Below are positions 11,650-25,450 of a stretch of 64,000 bases of DNA, piece after piece. The stretch lies in NCBI GenBank assembly GCA_030770535.1, contig JASVEC010000021.1, positions 248,001 through 312,000 on the forward strand. The letters run 5' to 3'. Both the position numbers and the translations under genes were made by a program. The notes beneath the pieces are model-generated. The model saw only the letters and a list, made by a program, of their open reading frames with translations, did not search any database and was not told the DNA's origin. Position 1 is the stretch's first letter; each line of letters starts with the position of its first letter. Source of the stretch: Batkoa obscura. Taxonomy: Eukaryota.

Positions 11650-13983
11650 ATGAAGCAAGTAATCGACTTGAATTCGGAATATACACAAGATAATACTCGA
11701 TATCATACAAGACTAGCTTATTTAGTAAGATCCATTCAAACATAAAATATAATTATAATTTGAGCATATAAAAAGCTACCAGCCAACTTAAGAGTAGAGG
11801 ATATCATTGGTAAAGGTGGTTGTATTTTAAAACAAATAGAATCAAACGCAAATGCAGATGTTAAATTCAATGATAAATATAGAGTATCTAATATTTCAAT
11901 CAAAATATTAATAACTTAAACGTTAAATAATAGCAAATTGAAATTTCTGGATTAAAAGATAATGTTGAAAAAGTTAAACTAGCATTAAATTATAAAATAG
12001 AAATGCTATTAAAGGTAAAATTGATTTATAATGAATTTAAAAATAATAATTTATCAAAGTATAAAGAGAGTGGAACGTAAACCAAGAGGGGATTCATGGT
12101 TTCGAAGAAGGTTTAATGAAGAGGAACTAAACAAAGAATTAAGTAAAACACAATGTGAATTAGATCAACAAAAAGAATTAGAACCATATTTAAAACCTAT
12201 TGAACTTGGAAATGAACCCGATCATAAACAAAATTTACTTTTAACGGAACAATTAATCGATGAGGCCGATTTCAAATTACAATCAAATTTTTTAAATAGT
12301 ATAAGACGTAATCAACAGGTCTGGATACTTCCTTTAGAAAATAGAGGAAAAGATAATGAGGTAAGGGATATTCTATAAGCTTATTTTAAAGATGTATGTA
12401 TTAAATACTATAAAAGAAGATAAAGCTTGTAGGGTATAAAATTATAGGATATAAAAAAGGAAATGTAACAATAGCAGCTAAAAAAGTTCAATATTTAGCA
12501 GCTGAAAAAGTAATTTATTTCAACAACTTGAAAATAATAATTTATTGAGTTAATAGATACTTGAAAATAGAAAACCTACTATTTTTAACGTACTTAAAAT
12601 ACAATCTTATATTAATATGATTCAAATTAAACAAAGTGTTTTACACAATCGTTTACCTTTCAATATTACTAGAATTGGTCTGTTAATGAATTGTTCTAAT
12701 TTGGAAAATGGAGATATTATAGAAGATATAGATAATGAAGAGTAGGTTAATTATTTTAAAAAATAGTCAATAAAACAATATAAATATTTTATTAATTTAG
12801 AATTCAAAAAGAAAATTTAAGACCTCTAAAAATACTTAAAGACGGCTTACGTTCTTGTTTAGTTTATAGGGGTTTATTAAAATTATCTTTAAGGTATATT
12901 TAGAACTATTTGATTTCAATTTAAGTTAATAATTTAGATTTGGTAAAATATGTTTTTTAGATTTACCAAAAAAATTAGTATTTCCAAGTCATGATTTCCA
13001 ACAAAGAGTATTAAATAATCCAAATTTTACATCCGATTTCTCAAGAAAGTAAGTTTAATTAACAATGGCATCATTAGCTAAATTAATAATGTTACTGAAA
13101 TTAGTATATTTTATGGACAATCAAATAAATTCAATGAATTATTAATACAGCTATCAACAGAAGGGCATGAGTATTTAAATAATCCACAAACTATATATAC
13201 TTTAAAATGTGATTGTATTAATTTATTTGACAAAAATGAATTCGATTTGAATTTATGTTTTGATAATTCAAAACTAATTAAATATGATTGTATATCTCCT
13301 TATAAACTTACTACCGCTATAAATTGGTGTTTTGTTGAAGATGACAAGTGAATTATTAGTATTTTATAATAACATAAGTAGTTAATGCTATTATTTTTTA
13401 GCTCACTTGACTTCCAATTAGGATTAGAAAAAGCTGTACGATTAGACATACATAATCCAGATTTAATTGAATTTATTAAAAATTTAAATTTAAGGTAGCT
13501 CTAACTTGTAATCATAGACACTTTTCATATTAACAAAGTCAATTAAAAGTGCCGCTGGTCAATTTAGTTATTGTAATACTTCTAAAATCAAAGTCAGATC
13601 CATTATTAAAAAAGTACGACATTGTTATGAGCTTCAAAGGTATAAATTTCAAGCAACAAAAAGTGAGTTGTGGATATTTGAACACAAATATTTAACTAAT
13701 ACATTTAAACATGTAATTCAATCGGTGGACATTCAACCAAATATTATAACCGTAGATTTAAAGGTAATTTTGAAATATTGGAATCTCTTTTTTAGTTGTT
13801 AATTGAATGTATACTTTGATTTAGATTATTAATGAAAGTTGGAATTCTTATTTTACTCAAAATCTAAATTTAAAAAAAGGAAATATTGTTGAATATGATT
13901 ATAGAAATGTAATGTCTAATGAAGACTATTCAAAGCTAATTAAATTAGCTATAAATTGGCGTCATAAAATTAATGAGTTATAA
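11650..13983 (+). CDS. Multi-exon KH-domain-containing protein of unknown function
   Basis: ATG at 11650; exon 2 reads EDIIGKGGCILKQIESNANADV (KH GxxG loop); about 10 short GT-AG introns; stop inferred at 13981-13983. Exon boundaries are approximate. Confidence 0.65.
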
Positions 13984-14268
13984 TTCAATAGTGAATTTTC
14001 TTGTTAAATTTTTATTTTTTCATTAAAGTCTTCTAAGTTTATCTGAAATTTATTGAGATTATTATGTATTTAATATTATGATTCTTATAATTTATTTAAA
14101 ATTCGTTTATTTTTATTCTTTTATAAAATCACTCTCAAATATTTCAACTAGACATTTCATCCAAAGATTCATAAGGACTTGAAAATAACAAATCAATTTT
14201 GAATTTTTGAAAAAAATCGAAATTAAAGTCAACTAATCTTTATCAATCTTTCATCTCTTTTACAAAAA

Positions 14269-14796
14269 ATGAGTTTACCCAAAGGATTTTTTGATGATGG
14301 ACTAGTACAACAAGAAAAAGAAAGTAAGACATTAAAATTGGAGTCCAAAATTAATAAAGTAGAAGAAGAGGAAAATATTGAAGATTTTGAACTTGAATTG
14401 CAAAAATTAGAACAAGATTATAAAAAGGAAAAAAAAGAGAATTCCTCCAAATCAATCGAATCAACGAAGTCCAAAACGGATCAAGAAGAAGAAGGAGAGG
14501 AGTCTTTGAAAGAATTAGAGCAAGTTCCATTTACTGAAAAAGAATTACAGCAAATCGAAAAATTAGCTCGAATAAAATCAATGATCGAGCGTGAAGAAGA
14601 AGAAGAAATAATACAAAGTGATTTAATAGCTCGATTAAATCAAATTAAACAAAAAAGAAAAGGTGATGAAATAAAGGAAAGTAAAAATAAAATGGAAAAG
14701 ATGAATAATAATTATAATAATAACAAAACTGAGCAAGAAAGTGAAACTTCTTCAAATGAGGAAGATATTTTAGATTGGAGAAAGCAATGTATTTAA
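14269..14796 (+). CDS. ZNF830/CCDC16-like protein (C-terminal region only)
   Basis: 175 aa beginning SLPKGFFDD, an acidic coiled coil, and ending DILDWRKQ; matches the LPEGFFDD ... DWR signature of ZNF830. Confidence 0.7.
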   Translation: MSLPKGFFDDGLVQQEKESKTLKLESKINKVEEEENIEDFELELQKLEQDYKKEKKENSSKSIESTKSKTDQEEEGEESLKELEQVPFTEKELQQIEKLARIKSMIEREEEEEIIQSDLIARLNQIKQKRKGDEIKESKNKMEKMNNNYNNNKTEQESETSSNEEDILDWRKQCI

Positions 14797-14953
14797 AGGA
14801 AAATAAAAATAAGAAAAAGATAGTAAAGTTTTTGGGATTTGTTTGAAAAAATAAATCACAAGAATGAAATGTCTTTTAAAATAAAACATGAAAATATACA
14901 AATTTAATAAACCGTAATCTCAATTTTCTATTTTATTTTTATTTTTCATTTTA

Positions 14954-16668
14954 TTAATTTCCTAATAAAATTGAATTTTCTAAATCATTATCTTCTGGAT
15001 CATAATTTTCAGTAATTAATCGATAAAGATAAGATGGAGGGTGACCACCACTAATTTAATGATAAATAAAAAAATAACATTTAGTTTCGAAATAAAACAA
15101 GATAAAAAAATAATCAATTCACTTACTTATTTGTAATAAACAAGCCCACTAATTCCGGTTCAATATAATCATAATAAGGACAAACAGTTTCTACATCAAT
15201 TAATGGACCTATTATAAAAAAATAATCGATCAATAATTCATTTCTATTTTACAATATTAAAACAAGTTCATAAAAATAATTACCTTCTGCATAATTCAAT
15301 ACTGCAGTTGGTGATACACAAATATTTAATCTTTCAATATCCGTTGGAAATAAAGGTGATAATTTATATAAACCAGCACAAACAACAATAGGAGTAGCAT
15401 GATGTTTGGCAGCCGCTGCAATCGTTTGAGAGCCAGAAGCAGATACTAAGCCTCCATTGGCTAAAACTATTAATAGAAAATGAATTCATTTGAATATAAT
15501 GACAATGAAAAAAGATAAACGAACTTACTTGCATGAGTACCTAAAATAACTTTATTGACTCTGGACATAACAGCAAATACAGCTGAATGGGGAATGATAG
15601 TGGTGGTAATACCAGCATTGGATAATTTTTTAGCTAAATTAAAAGCCTCGGATCTAAATTTGGATTAAGTCAATCAATCCGGTTTATCTATAAAACTATA
15701 AAAACTACTACTTACTTTTTTGTGGATTCAACAACAATTACTTGAAATTGTCTTTTACGACTAGCTGTTTTAAAAAATTCTTCAACTGTATGAGATTTAC
15801 CACATGTCATTATAATTTCACTTTTATAATATTTGTTAGTATTATTATTATTATTATTAATCTGTTAAGATTTTAACAACTTACTTGGAATGAATGTGTT
15901 CTAACGCTTGACTTGATACATTAACATACATATTTTCTTGTTCATCTAACATTTCAGCAATACCTTGAATAATGGTTGGTTTGAAAGGTACTAAACAAAG
16001 TTAAAGATAATATATTAAAATAGTTTGAAAGTTGGTAATTTAATTTTCAAAAAAAAAAGGATATTATACACGGATCTAGAATAATCAATATCTTCTTTTT
16101 CATCATCCCCTACCATTAAACTGAATAGAGAGGAACTGTTTTGATTCATTTGTTGTTTACTTGGTGTTGATAAACCTGAATTATTTTTTGAATCTTCATT
16201 TAAAGATAATCTATCTACTGCTGACAATTGCTTGTCTTCTTCATCTTCTTCAAAATCTTTAACATAAACTTTATATTCTTCTCTTATCATATGTAACACT
16301 CTGCGAATAATGTTACCAACTGCCAACTCTAGATAAAATTTAGTCAGGAGTTAAGAAAAAGTTTTACGCGAAGTAAGAGAAAGAATTACCTTGTGGTTGA
16401 GCAGCAATTAGTCGTTGTCCAATTTGGCTTATATCAGCAATTAATGCTTTGACATTATTCCATTTAGATACTGAAATAACTTGTCGTAATACTATTAATG
16501 TTTCCGTTGATACATTCCAACTGCCTACTACTTGTCTATGTAAATCTTATTAAATTGAAACTAGAATGAGTATGGAACAATAAACTTTTTTTCTTACCTT
16601 CTCTTTAATCTAGCTACTAAATTTTCGACTAATGCTGGTACATCTCTAGACCCATAAATTCTTAACAT
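14954..16668 (-). CDS. GCD7: Translation initiation factor eIF2B beta subunit, multi-intron
   Basis: [93 protein letters not shown]. Confidence 0.93.
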
Positions 16669-17024
16669 CTTTGTGGATTTACTATAGTTGTTTTAATGAT
16701 GTTAAAATCAACCAATTTGTATAGGTTAAATTAATTGAAATAAATCAAAATCCAAGCTCTGATTGCAATTATCGCAGTTACTATAATTGGAAGATATCTT
16801 TAATGATTTTATAGTGTTTGATGATAATTTAAGTAATATTAATAAAAGGTCAGATTGGATTATTAAATATAATAAATTAAAGTGTTTTATGGGTTGTTTT
16901 AAGTTATATTATTTATATTTATATTTATTTAAATTAATCTGTTAAATATTCAATTTTATTTTAATTCAAATGAACTTGATTTGATGACTTCATAACTTTT
17001 TTTGATAAATTTCTTAATAAAAAA

Positions 17025-18539
17025 ATGGTAACACAACTATTAGTCTCACCAACAAGTAGTTGGTTTGAATTGAATGAAGTTTATTACAGGTAATAATCAA
17101 CAACATAAAAGATACTAATAACAATATAATAATAACAATATAATAATAACAACATAAACTTGTAGAAAAGAAGAACGATATAATTTAATTTGGAAAAAGA
17201 TTAATATTGAAAACTATAATTTAACTATTGGTAAAAATTCGGGATTGTTAGGTAACTATAATGTCTTATTAAAATAAATAACTAGCTATTTAGATTAATC
17301 ATTGTTTCTTTTATTCAGCTTTAATAAGAAATCCAGGAAAATTAGCATTATCTCAAGTAGATGATCATTTAAGTAGTAGTTGTTCCATTTATACATTAAG
17401 TGGAAAACTATTGAATACAATTAAAGTAATATTAATAATAGAAGTAATTTAATAAATAAACAATAAAACAATATAATATAGTGGGAAAAAGGCAAATTAA
17501 TCGATATAGGTTGGGTAGAGGATCAATTGATTTGTATCTATTTGGAAGGGATAATTAGAGTATATACTATCTTTGGACAATATACTCAGTTTTCTTTAGG
17601 TTTAGTAAATTTATTTTTGATATTTCGACATTGTATTATTTATTTGACTTATTTATTTATTTTTTAGTCTAGTAGTCAATTTGTTAAACAAGCCAAATGT
17701 TGGAAACGTGGAATAGTAATATTGACGAATGATGATCAATTTTTAACAATCAATAATGTTAATGAACCTAGAATTAAAAAGTTACCTTTAAATGGTAAAA
17801 TAATAGAATTATATTTATTAAAAGTATTATTAATATTATTAATAATATTATAATTATTTAGAACTAAATGATATTGTTGAATGGGATATATTAGAGCCCA
17901 AATTAGAATTAGCTAATCAAATTGATATTTTTTTTTGTCATGGAAATACAATTTATTCTATTGATGATAATAATATTATTGATCAGGTAAATTAATAACA
18001 TGATAGTAATAATAATATAATAGAATAATAGAATAATAGAATAATAATACCATATTATAAAAATAATGTTTTTTATATTAGAGATTAGAGCAAGGTCCAT
18101 TTACTCATATAAGTATTAGTCCCAATGGTTCCTTTTTATGTTTAATTAATAACAATTTAACATTGATGGTTGTATCCACTGACTTTCAACAAAAATTTAC
18201 GGAAGTAGAATTAACAAATCAAGATTTACCACAGCAAACTAAATGGTAAATAATAATACATAATATACAATGATAATATATAATATTCTAAAATTTAAAC
18301 TAGGTGTGGTAATGATTTAATTTTATTAAATTATGGAAATGAATTACAAGTTATTGGACCATTTGGTCATAATGAAAAGTAATATTTAATAATATAAAAT
18401 AGAATAATAATTAATAATAACCAATTCTCTTATTATTATATTAGATTCTATTATGATTCCAATATTTTTATATCTAGTGAAATTGATGGGGCTAATATAA
18501 TTTCAGATTATAAATTAGAATTTATTCAAAAAGTACCTG

Positions 18540-18573
<34 letters not shown>

Positions 18574-20750
18574 ATTAACACTTGCTATTCTATTTTGTTT
18601 TGTTTTATTCTATTTAGATTCTTCTTTAAATATATTTAATATTGGTTCTACACATCCCTCTTCCTTATTATTTGATGCTTTAGATCATTTTGAAGTAAGA
18701 TTTATATAAATAGTAATAGAAATAGAAATAGAAATTAAAATGTTAATAATTTAATAGAAAGAAAATCCCAAAGCAGATGAAACTATGAATATGATACAAA
18801 ATGATTTAGAATTAGCAGTTAATATATGTTTGGATTCGGCATCTCAAGAATGGGAACCGAGTTTGCAAAAAGCATTATTAAAGGTAAACATCAATTTTAT
18901 TTTTGTTTTTATTTTTATCTATATATTTATATTTATATAGGCAGCTGCATTTGGAAAGTCTTATTTAGATAATTATGATTCAGATAAATTTGCGTATCAT
19001 TGCAAATTACATCGTATTATTAATCAAGTACGTCAATTTGATATTGGTATACCAATTACTATGGAACAGTAAGTTGAATATAATAATAATAATATAATTA
19101 AATACATTTATTAGATTAAAACTATGGAAAATAGAAAATTTAATTAAAAGATTATTGTTAATTCATCAACATTATTTAGCTTTAAAAATCACTCAATTTT
19201 TAAATTTGAATTGTAATGATATTTTAATTCATTGGGCTTGTGAAAAAGTAATTTTTATTTGATATAGTAATATCATACTTATTATTATTTAGTTAAGAAA
19301 TTCATTAGAAGATGAAGAGACTACATCGCGAATAATATTAGATAAAATCAGTAATTATCAAGGTTTATCATATCATAAAATTGCTAAGGTGGCCAATCAG
19401 AATGGTCAATTACAATTAGCTATTAATGTATTTATTTATTATTTATTATTTATTTATTTATTATTTATTATTTATTTATTTATTATTTATTTATTATTTA
19501 ATTTAATTTAATTTATTAATAATATAATTTAGTTATTAGATAAAGAACCGTGTATTCATTTTCAAATACCAATGTTATTAGATATGCAAGAAGACCAATT
19601 AGCTTTAAATAAGGCAGTATTGAGTGGTGAAAGTTATTTAGGTAAAGTTTTTGTCATTCCATCTATCTTATTAAAAGTAATATTAATTAATATAACATTT
19701 TTTATAGTATATTTAGTCCTATTACAATTAAAACAAAAATTAAATATTGGGGATTTTTTTAAATTAATTAATCCGAATTTAATTGGTAGTGAATGCTTTG
19801 AAAATTATTGTAAAGTTGAAAATGAAGATTTATTAAAAGATTTTTATTATCAAGATGACCAAAAATTAAAATTAATCTTATTGAAGTTAAAAAATACATT
19901 TAATATAAAAGTAAGATTTTTATTCAATAACTTTAATTTTATTTAATAATGATAATAATAATAATTATTTTAGGATTTTGAAGAATTTGAATTGAAATGG
20001 AAAGAGTTACTAAAAGATTACAAAAATTTAATTACTAAATCAGAAGACACTAAAGTAAATTTATACTTAGAAACATTAATCTTTAACTAATTCCTTTTCT
20101 ATAGTTAGTCGAAGAACAAATCAAACTCTTAAATTATCAAAACCAATTAAAAGAAAAAGTAGGCCAATCTATCATGGGTTCCTCTTTAGCAGAAACAATC
20201 AAATTAGCAACTAGATATGAAGAATATTCCATAGTTAATAAAATACAAAAAGAATTCAAAGTGAATGAAAAGATGTATTATTATTGTAAAATACAAGGGT
20301 ATATATTAGGAAATCATTTTGTAGAATTAGAAAAATTTGCTAATTCCAAAAAATCACCTATTGGATATAAGGTAATTATATTGATCAAAGTTTTTTGAGT
20401 TTTAGTTGCTAATAATGTATTTATTTATCTATTTATTTATATAATAGCCTTTTTATGATCTTACTTTAAAAGCTCAACAGCCTTCTCAAGCTTTAAAATA
20501 TGCTCTACTTTGTGATCCGAAAATTCGTCCTAATTTGTTATTAAATCTTAATGCCTTTTTAGATGCGGCTAAACAAGCTTTTATTAATAAGGATAAGGAC
20601 ATGTTAAAGTAAGTTTAAATTTATAATTTGAATTTAAATATTTTATTTTGTTTTATTTTATTTTTATTTAGTACAATTCGAGATAAATGTACCAACCCAT
20701 CAATGAAGCAAGAAATTGATACACTTATTATTAAATTAGGTGGAAATTAA
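17025..20750 (+). CDS. VPS16: Vacuolar protein sorting 16 (HOPS/CORVET), about 19 introns
   Basis: SPTSSW..L.EVYYR, SEIDG, IGSTHPSSLLFDA, QKALLKAAAFGKS, GIPIT, HWAC, KKSPIGYKPF; stop at 20748-20750. Confidence 0.92.
19427..19510. repeat. (TATT/TTATTTA)n microsatellite inside a VPS16 intron
   Basis: Directly visible low-complexity tandem repeat after a GT donor. Confidence 0.85.
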
Positions 20751-21032
20751 TATTTGTTATTATTTCAATTAATAAATCCGATTATTTTTATATTATGCTT
20801 TTAAAAAAAAATAAAAATGATTTATTATTGAAAATGACTTTTTATTAATGACACATGCAAAAAAAGGTAGCTTATTTTTTTTTAAAAAATTGATTATCAA
20901 AAGCTAAATTTTTTAGTTGTTTTGTTTTTTTTTATTGATTTTAGATTAACTTTCCTATATAAGTTTAAAATTAATCTATTTTATTTAATTATATTATTAA
21001 AATGTTAAATTTATTTTTACCTAAATATTAAC

Positions 21033-24005
21033 TTATTGTTGTGGAAGTTGAGCAATTCTAGATTTAGCCCATTTAGCTAATTTACGTGTACCTTCTGGAT
21101 TATTTTTAGATCTTGCGTTTTTAAGAAATTGTTTGATCCAATCTTGACGATAATACATTTGCAAATTACGACCCAAAGAAATACTAATATCCGCAAAATC
21201 CCCCAATATAGTAGCTATAGAAATATACATTTCACTTGATACATTTTTAATATTAGTAACTAATCCTATAGTTTCAAATATTTGTGGTATATAACTCTCA
21301 ATTAAATGGAAAGATTGGGTGTTACAAAATGCTTCAACGATACCTGTATAACAAGACAAAATGGTTTCATATTGCTCTAATACTAGTTCTTGATCACGAA
21401 TATATTGTAATTGATTTTTAATTTCATTGATAAATGGTAAAGTTATTTCCATTGTAGATCCCAAATATTTTTCATAATAAGATCCAATAGCACTGGCACA
21501 ATCTCCAAGTGTAGATAATATAGCGCATTGAATACTAATATGTACCTCAACATTACCAAGTAAATTGCCAAGATTAGGTATAAATATATCTACAAATGCC
21601 ATTGAATCTTCTCTTAAAGATCTTACAATATCTCCAACAATAGCAATACATTTACAACATACCCTTGGTTCTTGAATGTGATTCGTGCCTTTTAATAAAA
21701 TTTGTCCTAACTGTTCTATATAAACTTGAATATTTTTATCTAAGGCATTGACCATTGCACCTATACATGTTAATATATCTTCGGCTGAATTAATATTTTG
21801 AGTCCCATCAAACATACGTAAAAGTAATTGCATAATTTGATCCTGTACTGGGTAAATTCTACTTTCTAATCGATTAATAGAAGTATTAAGTACATTACAT
21901 AATGACATTTGTAAATTAGTTAAATTATCTAAATCTCCTTGGTTGACTACTTCAGATGCCATATGTATGGTTGCTTCTAAACGTTGTACTGTTGTAAGTA
22001 CTACTTCTTCTATTAATCCTAAAAGTTCATCTGGACAAGCATAAACAATATCTGAAATGGCTTCATAGATACTAGCTCTTGCTTCAGTATTACTATACAT
22101 ACCTTCAGTTGCTGCAACTAATTGCTTTAACATGGGTTCAATATAAGATTTAAATCCATCTACTTTAGCTGGATCATCCGAATGCATAAAGCTTTTAGTT
22201 AAATTAATTAAACCCCAACAACAATTTTGAACAATACGTTGTGGTGCATTAATCCCTTTAAATAAGGCTTGAAGAAGGGGTTGAAGTTTTTCTGGTGAAT
22301 TAATAATATCGGGTAAAAATTCACAAATCCTTGAAAGTGTAAACGCTGCTGAATCTTTAACTATACTATTGGAGTCATCCATCAATGCAACAAAAAATTG
22401 TAATCCTTCATCAGCCATCCCCTTGATTTGGTCTTGATCTGCATTAGCAACAACTGTACCAAAAGCAACAGTAGCAGTATCTCTAAGACGCCAATCTGGA
22501 TTTTGTAAATTTTGGGTAACAAATGGAACAACAAATGGGATAATATTATTCCCAAGATTTTTGGCTATACTTTCGAGACAATTAGTAGCACTACGTGGTG
22601 GATTTTCTTCTTCCATATCAACATCTTCTTCTTGAGAAGACATGATTTGGAGGATAGCCACTATAACATAAGTAGCATAATCTTGGACAAAATGATAATA
22701 AGGTAACATCATTTGTCCCTCTTCCAAATTGCTATTAGTTTCATTACGCTCAGCTTCTAACATGGCAAGATTAGACCAAAATTCAATAACTTGACGTAAA
22801 ACCATTTCATCAGGATGTTTTAGGCCGTCAACAGCCACCTAAATAAACTTTAATATTTATCTTATAAGTCAATTAGAAAAATACCATCAAGTAACCACCA
22901 GAGAAATAAGAATTCATATAATCGTAATGCCTGACTGTAATTTCAGTAAGAAGTTCAAAGATAAGTGCTTGGAGAGTGTCATTTGGTATTCTTATATTTT
23001 GGTCAATAACATTCATAATATAATTGCGCTCTCCAGTTTCTCTAATATTAGGATTCAAAAACTCTAAACTGTTTAATAAGGCACGGATTGTTTCAATACG
23101 AATTTCTATTCTAAATAATTGGTTAACAAAGCTGAATATAATAGCTTAATAAATCAAATTTACTTTTTAGCTCCAGCTGGGTCAAGTACAGTTAAAAGGG
23201 CAGCTAAAATTCGACTTGATTGATGTGCAAGAAAAGTACAATTCTAACTTAATTAGATTGAAATTTTAAATAAAATCATTTATACTTACTGCTCCTTGAC
23301 AGACATAACCCAACGTACGGATTGCATTGAGATTAGCTTGATCATTATTATCTAAAGCTGCATTACATAGCATTTCTATTAAATCTGGCCATTCATTATT
23401 AGGCAATTCAATAGCAGCAATTGTCGAAAACACCTTAGATAAAATTAATCAAGGCATTATTTTATGTAAAAATTGATTACCTGTGAGATCGAAAGGGCCA
23501 CTTTTTCGTTTGGTTCGTCAATAATGCCATAAAGCTAAAATAATAAATTGAACTAGAATGGTTAAAATAAGTTTTACCTCTTGTTTAGTATCATCTTTAA
23601 CAGCTTGTTGTAGCTCATTCCATTTTGTACTTTCTGAACCAGTGGCTGCATTGAACTATAAATTGTATTAGTATAAAAAATTTAAATTAAGATTAAAAAA
23701 TACTTTTGGCCTTATAGTATTCTTAAGTAAAAGACCAGCTGCTTGCCTAATAAATGGTTGCTTTTCATCATCTCTTAAAACATAAATAAGTTCCACTATA
23801 AATCCTTGCTAATAAATGAATTTTAATAGGATTGAATTGAATATTAATTAATGCGTACATAATCAAGCTGTTCCTTTTCTTGTAAGCATCTTTCAGCAGT
23901 GGCTCGTAATTCGGCGTCTAATTAAAATTTTAGTATTGAATTTTATTGAAGTTTGATTGTATTACTTCCGGAAAGGGTATTGGAAAGAAGTTCTTCTATA
24001 TTCAT
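21033..24005 (-). CDS. KAP95: Importin beta-1 family (HEAT repeat) protein, divergent; 5'-clustered introns
   Basis: MNIEELLSNTLS, IRQAAGLLLKN, AAIELPNNEWPDLI, IRTLGYVCQ, LNSLEF...N...GERNYIM, QVIEFWS, FVTQNLQNPDWRLRD, RASIYEA, AKWAK; last exon about 1.8 kb. Confidence 0.85.
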
Positions 24006-25450
24006 TCTAATTTCACTATGAAAAAAAGTAATTATTCGAAAGCTAATTTCTTCGCTTATCAAAGAATTGAACTAATCAACCAATTAAATAGCCTTAATTT
24101 CATTCCTTACACTTAGAACCAATCGTTGAACTGCTGTGAATTGCACCAAATTGGTAACTTGATTTTGAAATAAACCATTTTAATCTTTATCTCTACAATG
24201 ACTGTTCACTATCCTATTTTAATTTTATGTACTATTATTGGTTTAAATAGGAAAGTAACATTTTTATTGTTATAGATCTGGCTATTTTAAACCGCAGAGA
24301 TGGAATTATTAATTTATTAGTTTAGAAAATCGGCTTTCATACATAGCTATTTTAACTCTTTTAAGATTTTTTCAGTGATGATTTTATTATATTTTTATAT
24401 CACCAATTTTTTTATTAAGCGTAATCTTTTGCCTTTGGCACAGGGGTTTAGCATAACTTTTTCTCTTAAATGAGTAGTTAGTCAAGTCGCAAAAGAGCTA
24501 CAATAGTTGTAAAAGTAGCAAATTTTAGATTAATATTTTTTAATAAAGATTTGTTGAAATTAAAACCTTATAATAATATAAATTATTGAATGAGCTGCTT
24601 GCTTTACTAGTTGATGGTTGATTGTAGGATTGAATGATATTATAGACTACAAATGAAACATTTTTTAAATAATGTATAACAAACTATTTTTTTAAATTTC
24701 TAAATAAGAGATGGAACCTTAATAAGGAATTTTAGTGAAATTAATTTTATGGAGATTTAAATTTAAACTATAAATGTTTTTACTATTTTTTTTCCAGGTT
24801 CTTTACAAATATTTCAATTTACTAACAAATCCCATTAGTTGGTCTCTAAATCCTTAAAATCTTTGCACTATAAATAAGTAATTGATATGGTTATGCTACT
24901 TTACAAATTGTTAAGTTTTATTTGGTATATTACTGTGCTTTAATATTTATGAAATTTGTTTTGTAAAAAATTAATGAAGTTACAGAAGAAACATCATTGT
25001 GATAATATTAAATGATAATTTGTTATTTGGAATACGTAGTTTTTAAAAATAATTAAGTCATCAAATAGTACTCCAACTATAAAATTTTATAAGGTTAAAA
25101 TATTAAATCTAGATATTTGGAGAATGTTCAAATGGTATAAATAAACCCAACATGTATAATATCATAAAGCATTTTTGCAATAGTTTTAATACAGCGACTT
25201 TTAATATATCAATATAGACTCAGTATAATCGTTAAGCTATAAATAAGTACGCTAAAAAATGCCTTTACGAATCACAATATCAAATCAACCAATAAACATG
25301 AACTATATTATCTGTCCACTATAATATGACAAAATTAGAAGCCAAATGTTCCCTTAATATCAGCTGCGAACTATTTACTAAATATAAAAGAAAAGAAGCT
25401 ATTTGTTTTTAGTTATATTTTTAAAGCTATTCAATTATAATAAGGACAAA

